A program made the translations under genes and the position numbers. From an uncultured Flavobacterium sp. (lineage in GTDB: Bacteria > Bacteroidota > Bacteroidia > Flavobacteriales > Flavobacteriaceae), in the NCBI GenBank assembly GCA_945957245.1, contig CAMFLD010000001.1:1-37726 (forward strand): 37,726 bases of DNA, in the 5' to 3' direction. Under the pieces are notes generated by a model that ran no database searches, was not told where the DNA came from, and was given only the letters and a program-made list of their open reading frames with translations. Positions 1 through 7,737 of the stretch are shown piece by piece (within the stretch, counting starts at the first letter, position 1; the number at the start of each line of letters is the position of its first letter).

Positions 1-125
1 GAGTAAGGCTTAGCATTGATGGCAAAGTAATTTCAAAAGCCCGTGCAACCTCAAAAAAGAAAGCTGAAGAAAAAGCATCTCAACGCGCTTTTTTTGCACT
101 TCAGGAAAAAATTAACAATAAATAA
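1..125 (+). CDS. rnc: Ribonuclease III, C-terminal dsRNA-binding domain (5'-truncated by window edge)
   Basis: Hand translation from nt 3: VRLSIDGKVISKARATSKKKAEEKASQRAFFALQEKINNK*. The xSKKxAExxAxxxA helix is the dsRBD signature. The order rnc-IPExxxVDY-pyk is familiar from Flavobacteria. Confidence 0.85.
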   Translation, partial: VRLSIDGKVISKARATSKKKAEEKASQRAFFALQEKINNK

Positions 126-141
126 TTCAAATTCTCAAAAA

Positions 142-155
142 CTATAACGTTTTCG
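142..155. promoter_or_regulatory. Candidate LacI-family operator CTATAACGTTTTCG
   Basis: CG-centred imperfect palindrome (12/14 to CGAAAACGTTTTCG) upstream of the IPExxxVDY-pyk unit. A second AACGTT core lies at 166-171. Confidence 0.4.
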
Positions 156-223
156 TTCATAAAATAACGTTAAGCTAAAACTTTGTATGCTAATATCTGT
201 TTAAGATAAACTATATTTACCAC

Positions 224-231
224 TAATTTTG
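224..231 (+). promoter_or_regulatory. Bacteroidota housekeeping -7 box TAATTTTG
   Basis: Matches TAnnTTTG, 6 nt before the ATG at 238. Confidence 0.5.
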
Positions 232-237
232 CAATAT

Positions 238-725
238 ATGGCGGTTTACAAATTGCATATAGAAGAATATGATGAGATAGATTATCAGCTGATTGCTATC
301 CATACGTCATTGGAAGATTACCGTTTAGCGTATTACATTAATCAAAACCTGCCAATTGTACTTAAAAAAAGCAACTGTAACATCCAGATTAGCAATAAGG
401 ACGGAGAAACGCAGTTTACAAGGTTTAATTTTGAAGATGAAAAGGCCAACATATCCTGGAATCTGGTTCAGAACCAAAATGAAATTCCAGTTCATCACCA
501 AGGGTAAACGACGGCTTATTTGCGGATATCAGCAATAACTTTTCAACTAAAGTGTATTTGCTACCGGAGTATAAAAAAGTGGATTATTTCCTTAAGATAG
601 AAAATGCTGCCGATAGCCTTGATGTTTCGGAAATAACAACACAAATAAAAAATATTGAACGAATCACTACCGTGTATACGGTAGATGTAGAAAATATAAA
701 GTCAAAAAATAATTTAATTTTTTAA
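238..725 (+). pseudogene. IPExxxVDY family protein, split by a single-base frameshift at ~483-505 (real lesion or sequencing error)
   Basis: Frame 1 gives MAVYKLHIEEYDEIDYQLIAIHTSLEDYRLAY...HHQG* (stop 505-507). The -1 frame continues VNDGLFADISNNFSTKVYLLPEYKKVDYFLKIE...KSKNNLIF* (stop 723-725) and carries the family motif LPEYKKVDY. Confidence 0.85.
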
Positions 726-730
726 ATAGA

Positions 731-2161
731 ATGCCAACTAGAAAAAAAACTAAAATTGTAGCGACCCTTGGTCCTGCATGTAGTTCAAGGGAAGTGATTA
801 AGAAGATGATTGAAGCCGGAGTAAATGTATTCCGAATCAACTTTTCCCATGCCGATTATGCCGATGTTAAGGAAAGAATAGATATTATCCGTGGACTGAA
901 TGATGAATTTGGATACAACACAGCCATTTTAGCCGATTTACAGGGCCCTAAACTCCGTGTTGGTGTTATGAAGGAAGATGTAGTAGTTAATCCGGGTGAT
1001 ATCATTACGTTCCAGACTGCCGAAGACGTTCCCGGGACTAAGGAGCGTGTTTACATGAATTATATTGAGTTTCCAAAAGATGTGAATCCCGGAGAACGCA
1101 TTCTCCTTGATGACGGAAAACTGATTTTTGAAGCTATCGAAACCAACGGAAGTACTGAGGTAGTATGTAAAGTAATTCAGGGTGGGCCTTTAAAATCCAA
1201 AAAAGGAGTAAACCTTCCTCAGACTAAAGTTTCTTTACCTGCACTGACAAAAAAAGACATTAAAGATGCCATTTTTGCCATTAGTGAAAAAGTGGACTGG
1301 ATTGCTCTTTCCTTTGTACGTACTCCAAAAGATTTAGAGGAATTACAGGATTTGATTGCAAAACATTCTGACCATAAAATTCCAATCGTTGCCAAAATAG
1401 AAAAACCTGAAGCGGTAGAAAACATTGATAAAATTGTGGCTTTCTGTGATGGTTTGATGGTTGCCCGTGGTGATTTGGGAGTAGAAATGCCTGCACACGA
1501 AGTGCCTTTAATCCAGAAAAAATTAATCCACAGAGCTAAAACTGCCCGTATACCTGTAATTGTTGCTACACAGATGATGGAAACGATGATTACGAGCCTT
1601 ACGCCTACCCGTGCTGAAGTAAACGATGTAGCAAATTCGGTTATGGATGGTGCTGATGCTGTAATGCTTTCCGGAGAAACTTCTGTGGGTAATTATCCTG
1701 TTGAAGTAATTGAAAAAATGACGCAGATTATTGAAGCTGTTGAAGATTCACCGCTGATTGTGGTTCCACAAAATCCGCCTCACGTAAGAACTAAGCGTTT
1801 TATTACCAAATCAATCTGTTACCATGCAGCCATTATGGCGAACGAAATTAAGGCGAAAGCCATTTCAACGCTTACTAACAGTGGTTATACTGCCTTCCAG
1901 ATTTCGGCCTGGAGACCTAAAGCCCATATTCTGGTTTATACTTCAAACGAAAGAATACTGACGCAGTTGAGTTTGCTTTGGGGTGTAAATGCTTTCTTTT
2001 ATGACAAATTCGTAAGCACCGATGACACTGTTGAGGATGTAAACGAAATTGCCAAACAAAAAGGCTATGTGAAAAAAGGCGATATGCTTATCAATCTGGC
2101 AGCAATGCCTGTTGCCGATAAAGGAATGGTAAATACTTTGAGAGTTTCTGAGATAGAATAG
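731..2161 (+). CDS. pyk: Pyruvate kinase
   Basis: KTKIVATLGPA, RINFSH, DLQGPKLR, MVARGDLGVE, ATQMMETM, DAVMLSGETSVG motifs. Confidence 0.98.
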   Translation: MPTRKKTKIVATLGPACSSREVIKKMIEAGVNVFRINFSHADYADVKERIDIIRGLNDEFGYNTAILADLQGPKLRVGVMKEDVVVNPGDIITFQTAEDVPGTKERVYMNYIEFPKDVNPGERILLDDGKLIFEAIETNGSTEVVCKVIQGGPLKSKKGVNLPQTKVSLPALTKKDIKDAIFAISEKVDWIALSFVRTPKDLEELQDLIAKHSDHKIPIVAKIEKPEAVENIDKIVAFCDGLMVARGDLGVEMPAHEVPLIQKKLIHRAKTARIPVIVATQMMETMITSLTPTRAEVNDVANSVMDGADAVMLSGETSVGNYPVEVIEKMTQIIEAVEDSPLIVVPQNPPHVRTKRFITKSICYHAAIMANEIKAKAISTLTNSGYTAFQISAWRPKAHILVYTSNERILTQLSLLWGVNAFFYDKFVSTDDTVEDVNEIAKQKGYVKKGDMLINLAAMPVADKGMVNTLRVSEIE

Positions 2162-2190
2162 TTATATTTACTTTTTTAAATACTATTATT

Positions 2191-2946
2191 ATGAATTCAA
2201 ACAATCCTTTTTTTAAAACAAAAGCCTTCAAGGAAAATGATAATGATGTGACCCATAATGCTGTTGTTATTGATTACAATCAGAACATGACGGTTTCGGG
2301 TACAATTAACAAAAGTTTCCTGATGCTATTATTATTGATAGCTAGTGCTGCGATAACCTGGACCATGGTTTTTAATGGTCAAAATCCAATAATTTTTATT
2401 GCTGGTGGTGCAATCGTGGCATTCGTTTTAGTCTTAATTGCAACTTTTAAACCTCAAAATTCAAGCTTTTTAGCTCCCGGCTATGCCATTTTTGAAGGGC
2501 TTTTCATAGGAGGTATATCAGCTATTTTTGATTCTATGTATCCTGGAATTGTGATTCAGGCTGTTAGTTGCACCTTTGTCACCTTTTTTGTTTGTTTTGC
2601 ATTATATAAATATGAAGTTGTAAAAGTTACAGAACAATTCAAATCGGTTGTCCTTGCCGCCACTCTGGCAATAGCTACTTATTATTTGATTTCCTGGTTA
2701 TTGTCAATGTTTACAAGCTTCCAGCCGGTTCATTACGGTAATTCTATGATGAGTATCGGAATTAGTGTTTTTGTAATTATTATTGCAGCGTTGAACCTAT
2801 TTCTTGATTTTGATCAGATTGAAAAAGGTGTACAAAACAAATTACCAAAGTACATGGAATGGTATGGCGCTATGGGATTGATGATTACATTAGTTTGGCT
2901 TTACATTGAGTTTTTAAGACTATTATCAAAACTAAACAGAAAATAA
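2191..2946 (+). CDS. Bax inhibitor-1/YccA family membrane protein
   Basis: About 7 hydrophobic segments; NLFLDFDQIEKG and MEWYGAMGLMITLVWLYIEFLRLL C-terminal signature. Confidence 0.9.
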   Translation: MNSNNPFFKTKAFKENDNDVTHNAVVIDYNQNMTVSGTINKSFLMLLLLIASAAITWTMVFNGQNPIIFIAGGAIVAFVLVLIATFKPQNSSFLAPGYAIFEGLFIGGISAIFDSMYPGIVIQAVSCTFVTFFVCFALYKYEVVKVTEQFKSVVLAATLAIATYYLISWLLSMFTSFQPVHYGNSMMSIGISVFVIIIAALNLFLDFDQIEKGVQNKLPKYMEWYGAMGLMITLVWLYIEFLRLLSKLNRK

Positions 2947-2965
2947 ACATTATCTCAATAACAAG

Positions 2966-2990
2966 AAAAGCTGCCAAGGCAGCTTTTTTT
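2966..2990. terminator. Bidirectional intrinsic terminator between convergent yccA-like gene and dinB
   Basis: AAAAGCTGCC-AA-GGCAGCTTTTTTT inverted repeat flanked by A and T tracts. Confidence 0.85.
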
Positions 2991-2994
2991 ATGT

Positions 2995-4077
2995 TTAAAA
3001 CTCAAACTTAAGCTGGACGACAACCGTCTTTTTTATTTCGGTATTGAGGTTGTTTAGGGAAATACCCAATAGCCTGACTGAGTCTTTCATTCTTTCCTGA
3101 AAAAGAAGCTCTTTTGCGGCCTCCAGAAGCAATCCTTTATCAGAAATGAAGTAAGGGAGTGTCTTACTCCTTGTTTGTGTCGTAAAATCGCTGTATTTAA
3201 TTTTAAGTGTTACCGTTTTCCCGGAAATGTTATGCCGTTTGAGTCTATTTTCGAGTTCTGAGGCGATACGCTCCAGTTTTTCTATCATGAAAATCTCCGA
3301 AGTCAGGTTTTCATTGAAGGTATGTTCGGCGGCTACTGATTTTGCTGTTCTGTGGGGTTTCACCTGACTGTTGTGGATTCCTCTAACGATGTTGTAAAAG
3401 TATAGGCCGCTTTTATGGAAATGTTCTTCGAGGAACTCCGCTGATTTTGATTTCAAATCCTTTCCGGTAAAGATCCCGAGATGGTACATTCTTTCGGTGG
3501 TGACTTTTCCAATGCCATAGAATCTTTTGATGTCGAGGTTTTCCAGGAATTCCTCTACTTCTTCAGGGTTTACGGTTTTTTGTCCGTTGGGCTTATTATA
3601 ATCGCTGGCTACCTTTGCTACAAATTTGTTGACCGAAATTCCTGCTGAGGCGGTCAGTCCGACTTCTTCAAATATTCTTTTCCGGATTTCCTGTGCGATG
3701 AGTGTAGCACTTGGATTTCCTTTTTTGTTTTGGGTTACATCAAGGTATGCTTCGTCGAGGGATAAAGGTTCTACTAAATCGGTGTATTCGTGGAAAATGG
3801 TTCTGATTTTTTTGGAGATTTCCTTATAACGGTCAAAGCGCGGCCTCACAAAAATGAGGTCGGGACAGTTTCTTTTTGCCTGTATTCCGCTCATGGCAGA
3901 GCGAACGCCAAATTTCCGGGCTTCATAACTGGCTGCTGAAACCACTCCACGGACTTCACTTCCTCCTACTGCCAGAGGTTTTCCTTTTAATTCCGGATTG
4001 TCCATCTGCTCGACTGATGCATAGAAAGCATCCATGTCAATGTGGATAATTTTTCGGTATGGAATGGACTCTGACAT
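2995..4077 (-). CDS. dinB: DNA polymerase IV (Y-family)
   Basis: IIHIDMDAFYASVE, ASYEARKFGVRSAM, SLDEAYLD, KVASDYNKPNG motifs. Confidence 0.97.
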   Translation of the reverse strand: MSESIPYRKIIHIDMDAFYASVEQMDNPELKGKPLAVGGSEVRGVVSAASYEARKFGVRSAMSGIQAKRNCPDLIFVRPRFDRYKEISKKIRTIFHEYTDLVEPLSLDEAYLDVTQNKKGNPSATLIAQEIRKRIFEEVGLTASAGISVNKFVAKVASDYNKPNGQKTVNPEEVEEFLENLDIKRFYGIGKVTTERMYHLGIFTGKDLKSKSAEFLEEHFHKSGLYFYNIVRGIHNSQVKPHRTAKSVAAEHTFNENLTSEIFMIEKLERIASELENRLKRHNISGKTVTLKIKYSDFTTQTRSKTLPYFISDKGLLLEAAKELLFQERMKDSVRLLGISLNNLNTEIKKTVVVQLKFEF

Positions 4078-4081
4078 ATCA

Positions 4082-4089
4082 CAAATTTA
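4082..4089 (-). promoter_or_regulatory. -7 box TAAATTTG for dinB (probably leaderless mRNA)
   Basis: Reverse complement of caaattta. Only 4 nt separate it from the dinB ATG. Confidence 0.6.
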
Positions 4090-4176
4090 TAATATATTTA
4101 CCTCACAAAGTGTTTATTTGTTGTTAGTGTTTGGCGAATACAGATACTAGTGGCAGCACAAAATTACAATATAAAT

Positions 4177-4250
4177 AGCCCCGATTGCAACGGCATCCTT
4201 TTTGGGTTTTGAAACCCAAAAAGATACAGTGGAAAGCGGGAAACAGCTTC
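4177..4250 (+). ncRNA. Flavobacterial structured intergenic repeat/RNA, resembling the Flavo-1 motif as I recall it
   Basis: AGCCCCGATTGCAACGGCATC-CTTTTTGGGTTT-TG-AAACCCAAAAAG-ATACAGTGGAAAGCGGGAAACAGCTTC. Perfect inner inverted repeat plus an outer CCCG/CGGG stem. The family name is from memory and needs an Rfam check. Confidence 0.55.
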
Positions 4251-4256
4251 TAAAAA

Positions 4257-4724
4257 ATGGTAGAAATAGAACGTAAATTTTTAGTGCTTTCGAATGATTT
4301 TGTTAATGAGGCTTTCTCCAGCAAACGGATTGTTCAGGCGTATCTGAATTCGAATCCCGAGCGCACGGTGCGTGTCAGGATTAAGGAAGACAAGGCTTTT
4401 TTGACGATAAAAGGCGAAGGAAATTCAAGTGGAACGACAAGGCTTGAATGGGAAACACAAATTGCGGTAGCTGATGCGGAAAAGCTTTTACTGATTTGCG
4501 AGGAGGGTGTTATTGACAAAACCCGTTATGAGGTAAAGGTGGGAAAACACGTTTACGAAGTTGATATTTTTACAGGTGCTAATGAAGGGCTTATTATGGC
4601 CGAAATAGAGCTGCAATCGGAAGATGAGGCTTTTGAAAAACCCAGTTGGCTTGGTGCAGAAGTGACGCAGGACAAGCGTTATTACAATGCTTATCTGAGT
4701 AAAAATCAGTTTAAAAACTGGTAA
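4257..4724 (+). CDS. CYTH domain protein (triphosphate tunnel metalloenzyme)
   Basis: N-terminal EIERKFLV (ExExK), VRVRI, LTIKG, KTRY, EVD, AEIEL motifs. Confidence 0.93.
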   Translation: MVEIERKFLVLSNDFVNEAFSSKRIVQAYLNSNPERTVRVRIKEDKAFLTIKGEGNSSGTTRLEWETQIAVADAEKLLLICEEGVIDKTRYEVKVGKHVYEVDIFTGANEGLIMAEIELQSEDEAFEKPSWLGAEVTQDKRYYNAYLSKNQFKNW

Positions 4725-5351
4725 TTATTTTTTAGGCTCGATTACTTCAATCGTAACGATTGCCATTCCTGAATTTTTGTTGGAAACGATTTCCATAAAG
4801 GCTCTTTTGCTCAAGTCAATTTCACGGACTTTGGAGAACGGTCCACGGTCGGTAATTTCCACTACTACCCATTTCCCATTAGCTTCATTGGTGATTTTTA
4901 CTTTAGTTCCAAACGGCAGGCTTTTGTGGGCTGCTGTATAACCATTGTTACTAAATCGTTTCCCACTGGCAGTTCTTCTTCCGTCAAACCTGCTGTGATA
5001 ATAGGATGCGTGAGCGTTTTTCTTAAGAAACTTTAATTTTGAATTTGCTAAGTATAATTCAATAGAATCGGTTTGGGTTAAAGCTGTATTTTGTTTGGCT
5101 TTAACTGTATCTACCTTAGTTACGGCTGCTGTTTTCTCCTGTTCTTTGGTTGTCCCGTTTTTTGCTTCTTTTGATTTTGGGTCTGTTATTTTAACTTCGG
5201 CTGTTTTGGGCTGTTCTGAAGATTTTGTATCGACAGTTTTAGTTGTTTTCGCTTTGTTTTTATGCTTTTTTTTATGTCTGGCCGCAAAAGCTTCGCTGTT
5301 AAAAGCAGAAGTTATTATGACCAAAAGAAGTATCAATATCCTATTTTTCAT
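4725..5351 (-). CDS. rlpA: Septal ring lytic transglycosylase RlpA family protein (DPBB domain; Lys/Thr-rich N-terminal linker; no SPOR domain)
   Basis: ASYY...GRRTASG...TAAHKSLPFGTKVKITN...ITDRGPF...REIDLS motifs; N-terminal signal peptide. Confidence 0.92.
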   Translation of the reverse strand: MKNRILILLLVIITSAFNSEAFAARHKKKHKNKAKTTKTVDTKSSEQPKTAEVKITDPKSKEAKNGTTKEQEKTAAVTKVDTVKAKQNTALTQTDSIELYLANSKLKFLKKNAHASYYHSRFDGRRTASGKRFSNNGYTAAHKSLPFGTKVKITNEANGKWVVVEITDRGPFSKVREIDLSKRAFMEIVSNKNSGMAIVTIEVIEPKK

Positions 5352-5380
5352 GAAATGCTGTTTTAAGATGATGGTTGCTC

Positions 5381-5396
5381 TGCAAAAAGCATACCT
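5381..5396 (-). promoter_or_regulatory. Candidate sigma-54 (-24/-12) promoter for rlpA
   Basis: Minus strand reads AGGTATGCTTTTTGCA, i.e. GG-N10-GC with TTGCA. It lies about 30 nt before the ATG and right after the upstream gene's terminator. Confidence 0.55.
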
Positions 5397-5399
5397 GAC

Positions 5400-5422
5400 A
5401 AAAAAAGCCCTTTTCAGGACTT
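5400..5422 (-). terminator. Intrinsic terminator after the 5428-5850 gene
   Basis: Minus strand AAGTCCT-GAAA-AGGGCTT followed by a U tract. Confidence 0.7.
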
Positions 5423-5427
5423 CTGTT

Positions 5428-5850
5428 CTAGAACCATAAATGCCATGGAATCCGGATTAAGATAAGTACTAATCCTATAGAGTATAGAAAACTTAGAGGT
5501 TTGAATTTTAACTCGCTAGTCTGTGCTCTTTTGTGTTTAGACCAGCCTATCGTGATTAGTGTAATTGCTATAAGATTGAGCACAGGATGTTCTAAAGAGG
5601 TTAATCTTAAATCGGCATCTTTCATCAGCCCAAAAGCCGCTGAACCTAATGGTGACAGAAAATACAAAACCAAACCTATTACGAACTGAACATGAACTCC
5701 TATTAATCCGAATAAAGCAATTTTTCGGTCTCTGGCAGTAAATTCTTTTTTGGTGAGATATCCTATAAGTGAATTCAATGCGGCTGCAAAAAGTAAAACA
5801 AGTGCTATATAAGCCCAGCCGGAATGCATTTTTTGTATAAAGTGGTACAT
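5428..5850 (-). CDS. Conserved 4-TM membrane protein of unknown function (His residues in or near helices; cytochrome b-like appearance)
   Basis: MYHFIQKMHSGWAY...GVHVQ...LEHP...GWSKHK...RIPW. Start placed at ATG 5850 because the TTG at 5874 is part of the -7 box TATATTTG (5872-5879). Confidence 0.8.
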   Translation of the reverse strand: MYHFIQKMHSGWAYIALVLLFAAALNSLIGYLTKKEFTARDRKIALFGLIGVHVQFVIGLVLYFLSPLGSAAFGLMKDADLRLTSLEHPVLNLIAITLITIGWSKHKRAQTSELKFKPLSFLYSIGLVLILIRIPWHLWF

Positions 5851-5893
5851 ATCGTTATTTTTTAAGAGTAACAAATATAAGCAAAAAACCCAT

Positions 5894-5932
5894 AAAAAAA
5901 CGGTCTCATTATAAACTAACGAGACCGTTTTT
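5894..5932 (-). terminator. Intrinsic terminator after pgi
   Basis: AAAAACGGTCTC...GAGACCGTTTTT inverted repeat with a 7-U tail on the minus strand. Confidence 0.85.
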
Positions 5933-5937
5933 GATAT

Positions 5938-7581
5938 TTATTTATTTTCCAGAAAGTGTTTCAGCAAAAATTCGGTTGAGGAATCATGCTTATTTACTGT
6001 TCCTGAATTTATTTCATCCAAAATGGAATTGGCCAGCTGTTTTCCTAATTCAACGCCCCATTGGTCGTAACTGAAAATGTTCCAGATGATTCCCTGCACA
6101 AAAATCTTGTGTTCATAAAGTGCAATCAAGCTTCCCAAACTTGCCGGAGTAAGTTGTTGAATCAGGAATGTGTTTGTTGGCTTATTGCCTTTAAATACCT
6201 TGAACGGAAGCAGGAATGCTGCCTTTTCTCCGGTTATATTTTGTTTTTCAAACTCGGCTTTAACCTGCGCTTCGGTTTTTCCGTTAAGCAGTGCTTCGGT
6301 TTGGGCAAAAAAGTTGGACATCAGCTTATCATGGTGATCCTGATTTCCGTGTAATGGTTTTACAAATCCAATGAAATCTGTAGGGATAAGCTTAGTTCCC
6401 TGATGGATTAACTGAAAAAAGGCGTGTTGCGAATTGGTTCCGGGTTCGCCCCAAATAATGGTTCCGGTTTGGTAATTTACGGCATTGCCATCACGTCCGA
6501 TGCTTTTTCCGTTACTTTCCATAATGCCCTGTTGCAGGTAAGGAGCCAGTTTTTGCAGGTATTGCGTATACGGAATCAAAGCTTCGCTTTCTGCTCCGAA
6601 AAAGTTGTTGTACCAAATGCTCAGCAGTGCCAAAACGACCGGAATATTTTTATCATGTGGAGTGGTTCTGAAATGCTCGTCCATTTGGTTAGCCCCTTTG
6701 AGCAAATCATCAAAATTATCGAACCCTACTGCTAAACTTATGGATAATCCAACAGCACTCCAAAGCGAGAATCTTCCTCCAACCCAATCCCACATTGGGA
6801 AAATATTTTCGGGATGTATTCCGAATTCTGTTACTTTTTGGATGTTAGTTGAAACAGCTACGAAATGTTTGGCAACGTCTTCAGGTTGAGCTGATTTCAA
6901 AAACCAGGAACGAATGGTTTCGGCATTGGAAAGTGTTTCCTGAGTTGTAAATGTTTTTGATGCTACAACAAAGAGTGTAGTTTCGGGGTTTAGGCTTTTG
7001 ATAATTTCATTTACGTGATCACCATCAACGTTGGAAACAAAATGAACATTCAGATGATTTTTATAGAATTGCAATGCTTCCACTACCATGGCCGGGCCAA
7101 GGTCTGAACCACCAATTCCAATGTTTACTACATCTGTAAAAGCTTTGCCTGTAAATCCTTTTCTTTGTCCCTGAATGACTTCATTACAAAAATTCCTGAT
7201 TTTGTTTTTTACTTCGAAAACTTCAGGAAGTACATTTTTCCCATCAACAAGGACTGAAGCATCCTGAGGAGCACGCAAAGCGGTGTGAAGTACTGCTCTG
7301 TCTTCAGTCTGGTTTATATTTTTACCGGAAAAATAACTTTCGATGGCTTCTTTGAGATTTACTTCTTCTGCTAATTCCTGAAGCAGGTTAAGTGTTTCCT
7401 GATTGATTATGTTTTTGGAATAATCCACCAGAAAGTCATTCCATTGAATACTAAACTTTGATGCTCTTGAGGAATCGTCGGCAAACATTTCCTGCATGGA
7501 ACTATTTTTCATCTGTGCGTAATGTTCCTCTAATTTTTTCCAAGCCTTGGTTGTGGTCGGATTTATAATTGGTAATGCCAT
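5938..7581 (-). CDS. pgi: Glucose-6-phosphate isomerase
   Basis: [64 protein letters not shown] motifs. Start at MALPIINPT (7581) after an A-rich leader; -7 box TAAATTTG at 7664-7671. Confidence 0.98.
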   Translation of the reverse strand: MALPIINPTTTKAWKKLEEHYAQMKNSSMQEMFADDSSRASKFSIQWNDFLVDYSKNIINQETLNLLQELAEEVNLKEAIESYFSGKNINQTEDRAVLHTALRAPQDASVLVDGKNVLPEVFEVKNKIRNFCNEVIQGQRKGFTGKAFTDVVNIGIGGSDLGPAMVVEALQFYKNHLNVHFVSNVDGDHVNEIIKSLNPETTLFVVASKTFTTQETLSNAETIRSWFLKSAQPEDVAKHFVAVSTNIQKVTEFGIHPENIFPMWDWVGGRFSLWSAVGLSISLAVGFDNFDDLLKGANQMDEHFRTTPHDKNIPVVLALLSIWYNNFFGAESEALIPYTQYLQKLAPYLQQGIMESNGKSIGRDGNAVNYQTGTIIWGEPGTNSQHAFFQLIHQGTKLIPTDFIGFVKPLHGNQDHHDKLMSNFFAQTEALLNGKTEAQVKAEFEKQNITGEKAAFLLPFKVFKGNKPTNTFLIQQLTPASLGSLIALYEHKIFVQGIIWNIFSYDQWGVELGKQLANSILDEINSGTVNKHDSSTEFLLKHFLENK

Positions 7582-7737
7582 TTTTTTTAAGATTTTATTT
7601 AGCGCTGCTTCGTTTGCTTCGCCAAGGTTCATACAATTCGGCTTGTCTGCCTTGTGTGAAAGGCAAATTTACAAATATGATTGATAAAAAAACGGGCAAT
7701 ATTTTACGCTAACGTTGTAGTTGTGAAAAAATAATGA

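Noticed and set aside
483-507. Programmed -1 ribosomal frameshift
   Set aside because: No canonical slippery heptamer or clear stimulatory hairpin; an indel is the simpler explanation.
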